Program-made: the position numbers and the translations under genes
Notes under the pieces: generated by a model
What the model was told of the DNA's origin: nothing
Seen by the model: the letters and a program-made list of their open reading frames with translations, nothing else
Database searches by the model: none
Origin: Octopus sinensis
Lineage: Eukaryota
Direction: 5' to 3'
NCBI RefSeq assembly: GCF_006345805.1
Contig: NC_043008.1
Coordinates: 49,228,001-49,292,000, forward strand
DNA length: 64,000 bases
Part shown: in pieces, positions 52,026-64,000 of the stretch
Layout of the letters: the number at the start of each line of letters is the position of its first letter
Numbering within the stretch: position 1 is the first letter of the stretch

Positions 52026-52396
52026 CACCACCACCACCACCGCCGCCGCCTCCTCCTCCACCACCACCACCACTACTGCTGTCGCTTATTTCTCTTTCCT
52101 TCTACGGCGGCGGTCTGCCTGTCTGCTTGGCTGACTGTCTGTAACTAATAACACAAACTTTTTTACCTACCGAGAGTCACTAAGACGGCTCCTTTTCACC
52201 CCCACCTCTTTTCCTTTTCCTTTTCCTTTTCTTCTTTACGTGTTTCAATGCCAATATCTGTTATGACTACAAACCACCACCAACACCACCACCACCACCA
52301 CAATAATTATCATCATTATTATCATCATTGCTCTTATTATTATTATTGTTACCTAGAACACCAGTCGTCGCTTATCTAACTACTTCGAAGAGACGC

Positions 52397-52442
<46 letters not shown>

Positions 52443-52494
52443 GTATATATATTTATGTATGAATCCGTTTGTATATATTCGTACCTTGTTTTAG

Positions 52495-52638
52495 TGGTGG
52501 CCCTCCCTGCCTACCGTGGATATTTAAATGACAACATGTGCAGTGGGGGCACTGCTCTTAAACAACAAAAGCCCAGAGACATTTATTTACTGAGATCGAC
52601 TTTTATCGGGAATAATTACAACCGTACTTTATAAACAG
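52495..52638 (+). other. Candidate exon (5' UTR-like, contains short closed ORFs)
   Basis: Acceptor ccttgttttag| and strong donor aacag|gtaagt; stops in all three frames. Confidence 0.35.
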
Positions 52639-53419
52639 GTAAGTAATTAGATTCACGTTTAATCAAGTTTAATCAAGTCTTCCCTCCTTCTTTACCGTGT
52701 ATGTATGTTTGTTTGTATGTATGGATGATTGTATGTATGTATGTTTGTTTGTATGAGTGTATGTATGTATGAATGTGTGAATGTATGTATGTATGTTTGT
52801 ATGTGTGTATCTACGTATATCTGTATGTATGTATTGTGTTGGTATATTTATTTTTATTCGTGTATATATAACTTGTACACACTTGTATGCGTATATACAC
52901 ATATAGTTGTATATATAGTTTGTGTATATATATATATTTATAAATAAGGGTAATATCGATATTTCAAGTGGCCAGCATGTCTCTCAGACACCCTTATTTT
53001 TAGTTATATATATATATATATAGTTTGTGTCTATATAATTTGTCATATAGTTAGTATGTATGCAGGTATATATATATATATATAGGCGATCGCCTATATA
53101 TATATGTGTGTTTGTGCGTATGAATGTGTATATATGTTTGTGTATCTGTGTATATATGTATATTGTTTGTGTGTATTTACAGGCGTGTATAAATGTATAT
53201 AGATGTAATTTTTTCTAACATTTCTTTTTGTTAATAACTGTGAGAAAATCTTGTTCATTGTCAACCGAAGGCCGGACATTCCAATAGACATGCCAAGCGT
53301 GTGATAATATTTATATCACAAGGAGCAACCAGAAGATTTTTTTTTTAGAAATTTATAAACCCGCGAGTTTTTTTTTATTCACTCAATTTACTTCGTCCTG
53401 AGCCTTCACTGGAGTTCGA

Positions 53420-53446
53420 TTTTATCTATTTATCTATCTATCGATT

Positions 53447-53545
<99 letters not shown>

Positions 53546-53735
53546 CTTATCTATCTATCTATCTGTCTTTCTTTATCTGTCTTATATCTAGCTGTCTGTT
53601 TATTTATCTGTCTGTCTTTTTATATCTGTCTATATCTATCTATCCATCTATCTATCTGCCTATCTGTCTATTTATTTGTGTCTATTTATGTCTATCTGTC
53701 TATCTATCTGCCTGCCTGTCTGTCTGTCTGTCTGT
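53420..53735. repeat. (ATCT)n/(GTCT)n microsatellite
   Basis: Direct inspection. Confidence 0.95.
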
Positions 53736-53952
53736 AGATGTGCGTGGAGAATAGATTTGTGTATATAGTTGTGTGTACACGTATATGTATGCGCGTGTAT
53801 ATGTCTATATATATGTAACTATGTGTTTGTGGATGTGTATTTAGTGAAGTATGTCACAGATGTTATCACTGTTAATATTATCGAAGGGTTTCCATCCAAG
53901 CATGATTACAATAAACGGTAATATATCTATCTATCTATCTATCTATCTATCG

Positions 53953-54027
<75 letters not shown>

Positions 54028-54930
54028 CAACGGAGTTCCGGATCAGGATGCTCACACCAGTTGGATGTTCTCCGTTTTGAATAGGATTTTCCAATTTTTT
54101 TTTCACCAGTCCTCGAAATAAAGGTCGTGTGTGTATGTGTGTGAACATTTTATGAAAGAAAAAAAACTTTTGAAAATTCAACTGGTGCTTATTTTATCGA
54201 CCCCAAAAGAATTAAAAACAAAGTTGATTCCGCTGGAACTTGAAATCAGAACGTAAGATGGACAAAATTACGCCGAGCATTTGTCCGACGTGCTGACGAT
54301 TCCGCCAGCTCGCTACCTTTACAACAATAAGTTATAGGTGTTGGTTTGCCCCAGGTGAAACTCAGGTACATTAACAATAAATAAAAGCCATTCTACACGT
54401 GAATTCTGACGAATATCCTGTCTTTCTTTCCCTATTTTTGACGGTAGGGTGTGGTTGGGGGGGGGGGCGATTTTGGCTGCTATTTTTAGTGGATCGGGTG
54501 AGTACTTTGCTGGTGCCTTGTTGACTCATGTAAATGTTTTTGTGTGAGTGAATGTAACGAACAAGGGATATATAAATTGATGATTAATGTCACAAAGCAA
54601 TATTCAGCCTTACTTTTGTGTTTGTATGTGAAAGCGTGTGTGTGTGTATATATATATATCATCGTTTAACGCCCGCTTTCCATGACGGCATGGGTTGTAC
54701 GGTTTGTTTGGGGACTTGCAAGCCAAGAGGCCGCACCAAGCTCCAATCTGATCTGGCAATGCTTCCACAGCTGGATGCACTTCCTAACGCCAACTACTCC
54801 GAGAGTGTAGTGGGTGCTTTTTACGTGTCACCAGCTCGGGAACCAGTCAGGCGGCACTGGCATCGGCCATGATCGGATGGTGCCTTTTACGTGCCACCGG
54901 CACAGGAGCCAGTCAGGGTGAGGGATGGTG

Positions 54931-54978
<48 letters not shown>

Positions 54979-55949
54979 ATTAATCAGCCGAAATTGCTAA
55001 GATGATCTGGTTCTTGACTGATGTCTGAGGGCTTCGAATGTCCCGTCCTGTGGTTCTTGTGTCGTCTCTGTGGTGTTTCATGTTCTTGTCCATGTCTGTT
55101 AATTATTTTTACTGTTTACCTATATATATATATATATACACATACATACATACACGTGTATAACGATAAATACGTACATAGTCTGACAGGTTATATATAC
55201 ATATTTAGACAAGCATGCCCAAGTGGTTAAGTTTGTTTCATGATGTTCTGTGTTCGATCCCCGGTCAACACAAGTTTTGTGAGTGAAATTGGGTCGATGG
55301 AAATCGTGCGGAAGCCCTAGAGGTTGGATTGTCCCCGTAATTGAAAAGGGTCAACTTCGTCACATAGTGTCACGCTGTGGTTCCGTCCCGAAGGTTACGT
55401 TAATGATGATGATGCTCGTGTCTGTGAGATACTTGACTACTTAACATAATTCCATGAATTTGAAGTTTATTTGTTCGAACGACTACGACAATCATTGTCG
55501 AAACCGACGGAGATCCATTTACATCACTGCGTGTGTCTATCTTTGTGTATATTGTAATTACAAATAGATGTCTGTACTGTGTGAATATATATATATATCT
55601 AGCTTTATTTCTGTGTGTGTGTGTGACATATGCTTATATTTACGTACATATGTATGTAATGGATACACTATTTAGCTGCTGAATTTTTATAGTTCAGTAA
55701 GCATCAAGATCGCCATACATACATGCATGCGCACATATATACTTATAGACATATATACGTACGCATACGATGCATATACACACACATGTACATGCATATC
55801 CACATAAGCAAGTTGTACAGGAAGGTGTCATAACCACGACTGGCGTAGTAATATCCTTGTTGCCTGCTGCTATTTGGGCAAGAACGAGATGCACTTGAGA
55901 GAGGGCGGGGGACTACAGAGGCATCAAATTGTTAGATCTTTGGGAAAAA

Positions 55950-57430
55950 AAAAGAACTATTACAAAATTGATTTAACAGGATTACTCTGGATGAGATGTA
56001 GTTTGGCTGTGTTTCATATTTCTTAGTGAGACAACTGCAGTAGTATGTAGCTAAGAGTAGCCTCAGCATCAGTCACCCCAAAAGAGGCCTTCGTGTTCCA
56101 CACTGTGATCCTTTGATTGCTGAGAAAACCAGGTGTTGACAAATGGCTTTTGAGAGCTGTACAAGCCATGTTATATAGGCGCTGTGAGTTATGAGTTCGG
56201 TAATGAGTTCAGCCTGCAGGTAGGGTTCCATCAGAGTTCAGTTCTCAGCCCTGTCCTGTTTATTATAATCCTCCAGTCCTTATGTTCAAGAATAGCTGCT
56301 CGTGGGAACTCTTATGCATATGTGACTTTTCCTTGTAGCAGAATCTAAGAAAATTACAGACAAAGAAGCGAAACCTGGAACTGAAAGACCTCGAAGTAAA
56401 CTTAGTCTAGTGAGTATAAGAGAAGACAGGGCCCTGCCATCGTCAGACAGATGGCTATGCTCGATCTACAGAAATGGTGAAACTAGAAATTCTCTACCTT
56501 GTACCTAGTGCAAATAGATACAAGTGTTGTAGTAGGATCACAGGCAGGTTTAACCCGTTAGCATTTAAACCGACCATATCGGGTCCGAATTTCCTGTTTT
56601 ATATTCAAATTAGCCAGATCTAGCCTCTCACATCTCCCCGACAATGTCGTTCTGAAAAAATAAGCAATTACATCATTGAAATTTCGAAACTATGAGATAA
56701 AATATGAATAATTCGAAACCATGTGAATAAATAATTATTAGATACGACAGTAATCTGAATGCTAAGAGAAGAAATATTTCATACATGGCAATAAACTCTA
56801 AGAACACGCTTGAAATAAACTTTCTGATATGGCCAAAGGGCTTCCTAGATGTTGTTAAGAGTTTCTGCTATCTAAGTGATCTAATAAGTGAGGGAAAGAG
56901 GTGATTGGTTTGAAAGTATAATAGTCAGAGTAAGAAGAACAGGTTGGCAAAAGTTGAGGATACTGTTTCCTCTGCTGGCAACCAAGATCTCTTTTAGATT
57001 GAAAGGTATTGCATAATGTTTATTTGCAATGCTGTTTGGTAAAATGTGGGCTTATCATCATTTCCTGTTCTTGTACATAAGCTGAGAGCTGTCAGCCTTT
57101 TTTCTACTGTTGCTTTTGTCTGGAAAGTAAGAATGTAGACAACCAAAGGGTCTTTAACGAAGTACAAGTGATTAAACTGTGTTTTTGGTAAGATGTGGGC
57201 TTCAAACGCAGAGACTTTGTGAAAACTAGGAAGAAATGAAGCAAGCATGCTTTGTTCGTGTGTAACAATTAGTGTGTGTCTAAAAGAGTATGAATGAGCT
57301 GAGAGAGAATCTGGATATAAAAGAAATCGCATGTAGTGTGAAAGAGAGAAAGCTGTGGTGCTATGGGGATGTGGTGGGTATGGATGAGGACATCTGCATA
57401 AAATGATTGTTAATAAGAAGGGCACCCAGC
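55950..57430 (+). mobile_element. Degenerate RTE LINE (RT to 3' end) with nested MITE
   Basis: EFSLQVGFHQSSVLSPVLFIIILQ and WELL.(YAD-like) near 56200-56325; KLGRNEASML near 57220. Confidence 0.75.
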
Positions 57431-60400
57431 TTTAGAAACCCTGATCTATTTTAGGACAATAACTTGGACTAAGAATTAACTCAGACTGGTGGTCTGTCCC
57501 TTCCATGCCTCCATGTAAACTGGACGAAATACGACGATGATGACGACGACGTGTGTGTGTGTGTGTGTGTGTGTATTTACAAACAAGAGATAGTGAACTC
57601 CATACTTAAAGGAGAGTATAAACTGTATAAGTGGCTGAAGGGCCTTGAGTTTCGAGCCAAGATACATCTATTTATCGCTCATTGATTGATAACTGTCTTT
57701 GTACAAAATCCTTGGCACTTCAATCATTTGTGTACATTTGTGTGTGTGTGTGCGTTCATTTCAGAGTTCTCACAAATGCCATATGTCTCCCGATTCTATT
57801 TATTTTCTTTATTTTTCTGTAGATATCCCTTCCTTATTTTAATACAACTCATTTCCAAACGCCTTCCTCAACCCTACTTTTTACACACATTTCTATCCGT
57901 ATCATATTTCTATATCTGTCCATATCTGTTACTTTTTATACTCATAACGCTTGATCGATCTATATGCCTATCAGTCTGTCTACTTATCAATGTCTCTGCC
58001 TATCTCTCTGTTTGTCTTTCTATACCTATGTTCTTGTATATGTCTATATACATGCCTGCCTATCTATGTCTGTTTCCTTATCTATACACCAAGCTATCTC
58101 TCAATATACTTGTCTGTTTACTTAGATCTACTTCTCTATCTCTCTATGTCCTTCCATCCGTCTGTATGCCTGTTTATATTTTCTACACACTTATTTCTAC
58201 TTCTCATCAGAGAATTACTATTAAGATTATTCTGTTTTATTTTATTCCAATAAAATAACACCGATATACAATGGCGGATTAGTCTGAAACATTTCTAAAT
58301 TTTTTTTTGTCTTGCTTTTATAATCCTCGTGTTTCTTCTAATCTTTCTTAAAAATAAAGACAAAACAACAAATAAAAGTTTGGGAATGAGAAATCATAAG
58401 GAAAATAGGGAAAGGATAGAGAGGGAAGAGTGGTGGATTGATAAAATAATGTATTTTACTTCCTCGAATACATTTTCTATCTTCTCACATTTCCTGTACA
58501 TGAAGCCGTGAGCAGTCAGCTTTTTCTTCTCCTGTTGCTTTTATCGTTGCTTTCGTCTGGAAATTAAGAATGCAGACAACTAAAGGGTCTTTAACAAAGT
58601 ACAAGTGACTAAACTATATTTTACCTTGTTTTTTTTTTTGCCTTTTTTTAAAAGATCTTTCGTTTTATGTACATATAATGGTAGGCAGCAAATCATCATT
58701 ATCATCGTCATCATCATCTTCATCATCATCATCATAACGTCCGTTTTCTTTGCTGGCATAAGTTGGGAAAAGTGTAAAAAGGAAATAACTGTTAAACTAT
58801 TTGCATTGTAAATGATGGTAAACCAGGCGATGGATGAAATCTACCACATCGAAGAATTTAGGACGCAAACAATAGGAACAAATGCCGCAAAATATATTGT
58901 TTAAGTGCCGTAATAATTTCTCTTGTCTTAGAATGGTACTTTATTTCATCGACCCTGAAAGGATGAAAAGCTAAGGTAATCGTGGCTGGGTTGGAACTCG
59001 GAATGTAAAGAGTTCGGACAAATACTGCAAATACTGAATTTCGTCTTACATTCTAACCATGCTCTTAATTCCCCATCTTTGAATTGTCTGTCAGGATCAT
59101 AATCTGTCGCATTATACGGCTCTGTTCTGATGTGAATTTCATTCATTATCAAAATAGATTGCAAGAAATTTTATCTTTTATCGTCTGTTTGTTTTAGACA
59201 TCTGACTGTGGCCATGCTTCGACACTGCTTTTCATAATTTGAGGAAATATTTTATTCTGTAACTTTAACATGTTTTCGAGGATACTTAAATAACATGGGT
59301 GCTAAATATTAAAGTTTAATTATAAAATATTTTAAAAAAGGCAAATAAATTACATTTCTTTGTAATTAAATATATACAGTGTGACTGCGTGAAATATATG
59401 GTGTTATTGTTAAGTTCCAGTAACAGGCTGTGGCGGTTAATGTGTTAAGATGGTTTTTATAACTTGCCCACCAACACTATGGTGAAGAATGAAGATTTGT
59501 AGAGAGGCAGACCCTGTTTTGTTTTTGCAATAAAATGTAGGGAGTATGCAAAAAATCCCTAATATTTGGCAAGGTGGAATGGGTGCTGTTTGTCAGTTTA
59601 TAAGAATCTCTGATTTAACTTAGAAAAAATAGCTATGTAATTTGATGATCTGTGGAATAGAACAAAACCCCTTTAGCAGGAAAAGCATCCGGCCGTTAAA
59701 ATTCTGCCGCAAGATCAATTCCTGTCTAAGCCATGTTGAACATAAAATAAGTAGATATTTATTTATTCAATAAAAAAAAAATCATGTCTTTTGTTCGAGG
59801 TCTCTCATTGGTGTATTTTATCCTATCTAGAGAATGTTCTAACACGTTTTTTAACTCCCCAACATTAGCTCATCTGACTCAAGTAAGTCTCTCGTAAAGT
59901 TTCCTCATCAATCAGATTATCTCTCATCTCATTAGGGGTCCTGCCATTGTATTTCCTTGATCACTACACCCCCCCTATTCTCCCACCTCTCATTAATGAA
60001 CCATTCTTTCTTTTATGTTTTCTAAATTATTTAGTTTCATTTTATTGTCAGAAGCATTCATTAATGACTTTACTATCCCTAGCTTAATTAACCACCCCAT
60101 CGTTAATCTCTCGCCGACCACCACCAACACTTCCACTGCTTTACTACCAGCGGTAATCCCTTGTTTGTTGTAGGACTTTCTGTCGATAATTTCGAGGTCT
60201 TTGTTCTGAGGTTTCTTCTCTTAAAATGTTTACTTTGTATCATCTTTAAATGAGTTAATCCCTTATTTGGATTATTAGATAATTAATCCATTTAATCCAT
60301 TGTATAATTAATCAACTGTTTTACCCTGACTCCCCTGAGATCACTGAACAGTCAACAAGGATGTCTCAGTGAAAAGTCTCGCTAATTAATTATCTAATTT

Positions 60401-60698
60401 TATTTTTGTTCCTATTAGGTAATATTTAACCTATTTTCAATGTCCCCAACATTTCACCTGTTTGAGTGGATGGAGTGAAGGTGAGGTCAAGTTATTTGGT
60501 ATGAAGTGTTCGTCATAGCTTTTTAAATTTCTTTTTTTTTTCTCTTTATATGTTTAATGACACTGGATCTCAGGATATTATTTCACTCCTCAAAATGTTG
60601 CATTACGGTCGTGAGCGTACACAGTAGGTACGATATCAATATGATACAGTCACCATTGAAGACAATGCACAACTGTGACAAACGGTATAACTTATGGT

Positions 60699-60735
<37 letters not shown>

Positions 60736-60864
60736 ATTTTCATACATAACATGGCTGTGTGGTAAGTAACTTGCATGGTACTTTGGGCAAGTGTCTCCTA
60801 TAGCCTCGGGGCGACCAAAGCCTTGTGAGTGGATTTGGTAGACGGAAACTGAAAGAAGCCCGCC

Positions 60865-60906
<42 letters not shown>

Positions 60907-61361
60907 TTTTTTTCTAACATGGCATCCTTAGTTATGTAATCCTGCTATTTGATATTTAAGATGGTGCAGAGCTTTTGTCGATGGAAGTGCTCAAACTTTT
61001 TGATGTCCTGACAAAGTGTTCGTATTTCACAACCTTATACTAATGTTGCTGACAACCGTTTGGTAATCCTTTCATTTCATTTTTGGGGTTAGATGTTTGC
61101 TCTTAAAAACTTCTTTTTCCAGTTTTCCAAATATTGAATTGGATGATCCAATTCTTTGTTTCATATCCTTAAATACATTTATTGGAAAGAATATTTGCAA
61201 GAGGAGAAAAGTGGTTTAGTTATTCAAGGGATGTGTCAGAGACATTAGTCTTTGGAGCAGGTTTGATGAAGACTTCAGTTTTATTGATATTCACTGTTGA
61301 AACCAAAGCTATCGTAATCGTTGGTAGAGTTGTTGGCCAATCGCTGGAGTTCTTGATATGT

Positions 61362-61495
61362 ATGAGACAGAGGAACATATACGGTAGAGGAACATTGAGA
61401 CAGAGAACATATGAGACAGAGAACATATGAGACAGAGAACATATGAGACAGAGGAACATTGAGACAGAGGAAGATTATGAGACAGAGGAACATTA
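61362..61495. repeat. Tandem ~16-bp repeat (atgagacagagaacat)
   Basis: About 7 imperfect units. Confidence 0.8.
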
Positions 61496-61519
61496 TCGTC
61501 TGTGTATTGTAGCTGTTAG

Positions 61520-62040
61520 ATGAGTCAGAGATTGGTCAGTAGATGAGAGGAAAATCTGGCTATGTTAAACAGTCCCTCATAAAAAAGGTATCTGATAACA
61601 CTTGGATTGTTTGGAGGAAGTTCAAAAAGCATTGCAGATAAGTATAAAAAGAATGTCGGTGCAAGAAAACAACCCTGTTTCAATCTACATGTCACCAGGA
61701 ATTGTTCTGAAAAATTGCTGTGATGAAAAGTAAAACCAGACATGTTATGCAGTGCTTGAACCAGCAAGGTGAAGTGGGTTGGGCAGCAAAAATGTTGAAG
61801 AATTATCCATGTGGCATCTCTTGGTACACTGTTCAAAGCATTTTTTCCAGGTTGAAGATGTCAATGAATAATGGCTTCTGTGGTTCTGTTTTTTTCTTCT
61901 TGTATTTGTCTTGCATAGAAAATTATGTTGATAGTGCCACAGGAGGTACAAAAACTGCATTGAGATTCCGGAAAAACTTTCTCCAGAATTATCTGGAGAC
62001 AGTTTAAGATTCTTACAAATATTTTTCTTAGCACATGCAT
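61520..62040 (-). mobile_element. RTE/BovB-type reverse transcriptase fossil
   Basis: VFPESQCSF...IFYARQIQE...SVPRDATW...LKQGCFLAPTFF. Confidence 0.88.
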
Positions 62041-62880
62041 ATAGTTTATATACACAGGTGAAGTCGTTCTGACCACTTTGCGATGAAGCCTTTTTCATAA
62101 ACGTTGTTTGATAACATCAAGCAAGTATAAAGTTTGGGATCAAATTTTAATATCAAGAACCAGTTGATTACATTAAACAATTTGGGACCTGTTGATTTTG
62201 ATAAGACAAAATCAGTTAATAACGTTCGTGATTATAAGCGGCTTGCGTGTACACACACACACACACGCACACACACACACACACGTACATGCACAGAGGC
62301 ATGGCCTTGTGACCAAAAAGTTCACTTTGCGGCGATCTTTCGTTTTGAGAAATCGCCTATTGCAACCTTTTGGTTTACGGTTCAGTCCCGGTGCGCAGCA
62401 CCTTGGACAGATGTCTTCCGCCCTTGTTCCGTGACCGGATCGACCAATGTCTGAACCCAGTAAAATAGTGTGTGTGTGTGTGTAAGCCACTTTTTTTCAT
62501 CAAAATCAAGAAGCCAAAAAGGGAAACAAATGGGGTGATGAATTGTGGTGGGTAGTTGAAGAAAGGACGAAAAGCAAGAGATGATGATAAGACGGCGGGG
62601 TGTGTGTGTGGGGGGGGGAAGAGATGTACGATACAGAAACGGAGGGGGAGAGGCGCATTGCTCAGACGAGAGCTTGTATCACGTGATCAAATGTAAGGAG
62701 CAGCCGACATCATGGTGACCAACAGACGACAGTAGAAAATATTGTTTTGTTTTCACTTATTGTTTTTCATGTCATGTCAAAATTGCGATTTTGTTTTCAT
62801 ATTTAGTCATTGAGACACACACAAAAATGTCAGGGAAATATCGGCGAAGTCAATGAAAGTAGAGGTGACTCATTGTTGTG

Positions 62881-63300
<420 letters not shown>

Positions 63301-64000
63301 CATGTCAGTATGTATATGTGTATACGCGCGCGTGCGTGGTGTGTATATAAAATCAGAGGTGTTTATTCAGGCTGGGTTTAACCTAGACATTTTCGTCCCA
63401 CATTTATTTATTTAATTCATATTTTCTACATTATTTTAAAAAGTCATTTAAACATATGGTATTTATTTTACAAACCAATGTTCAAAAAGGTTTACATTAT
63501 GCACACTCCATTTCTCTACCTTACAAAATACCCAAATGAAAGTGAATGCCTATGTACATACATATATGGGCCCTAACCCCTGTCTCTGCCTATCTTGCAC
63601 CCCTCTATTTTATTCGTTTTTTGTTGTTTTTTTTTGGTGGAGGTGATTTTTTTTGTCTGCCATATCATATCTTTACATCTAATTCTATTCCATGAACGCC
63701 TTTCTTTACATATTTCGCCCCGGTCCCCTTTTCTTTTCATACAAAAATGATTGTCAGTCATGTTTAATTTCGAATTCCCATCAACAGTATTTCATCAGGG
63801 GCCATGTTTCCCCTCCTCAACAACTGGCTGTTGTTGTCGTGTTGTTGTTATTGTTATTAAGGTTGTGATCTGACAGAATCATTTGTGTTGGATGTCTTAT
63901 ATCATTTACTCTTAATTACTCTTTTACTTGTTTTAGTCATTTGACTGTGTCCATGCTGGAGCACCGCCTTTAGTCGGGCAAATCGACCCCAGGACTTACT

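Overview
Repeat-dense, AT-rich animal DNA, very probably a coleoid cephalopod (Octopus-like SINE, RTE and microsatellite landscape; inferred, not searched). Almost all ORFs in the supplied track are microsatellite artefacts. One host gene can be rebuilt by hand: the last five coding exons of a nicotinamide riboside kinase (NMRK1/NRK1-like) on the + strand (4070-12386), with GT-AG sites and consistent phases. A second gene may start near 51-52.6 kb. The rest is tRNA-derived SINEs, decayed LINEs (RTE, Tx1/L1-like, R4/Dong-like), Helitrons, mariner/Tc1 and hAT fossils, MITEs with 8-bp TSDs, and several Penelope-type repeats carrying minimal hammerhead-ribozyme motifs. The most unusual object is at 12976-13495, just past the NMRK stop: a TSD-flanked palindrome of two head-to-head units, each made of a tRNA-like Pol III head, (AAT)n and a Penelope-type hammerhead motif. 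It is a candidate SINE that carries a ribozyme and is mobilised by Penelope-like elements.
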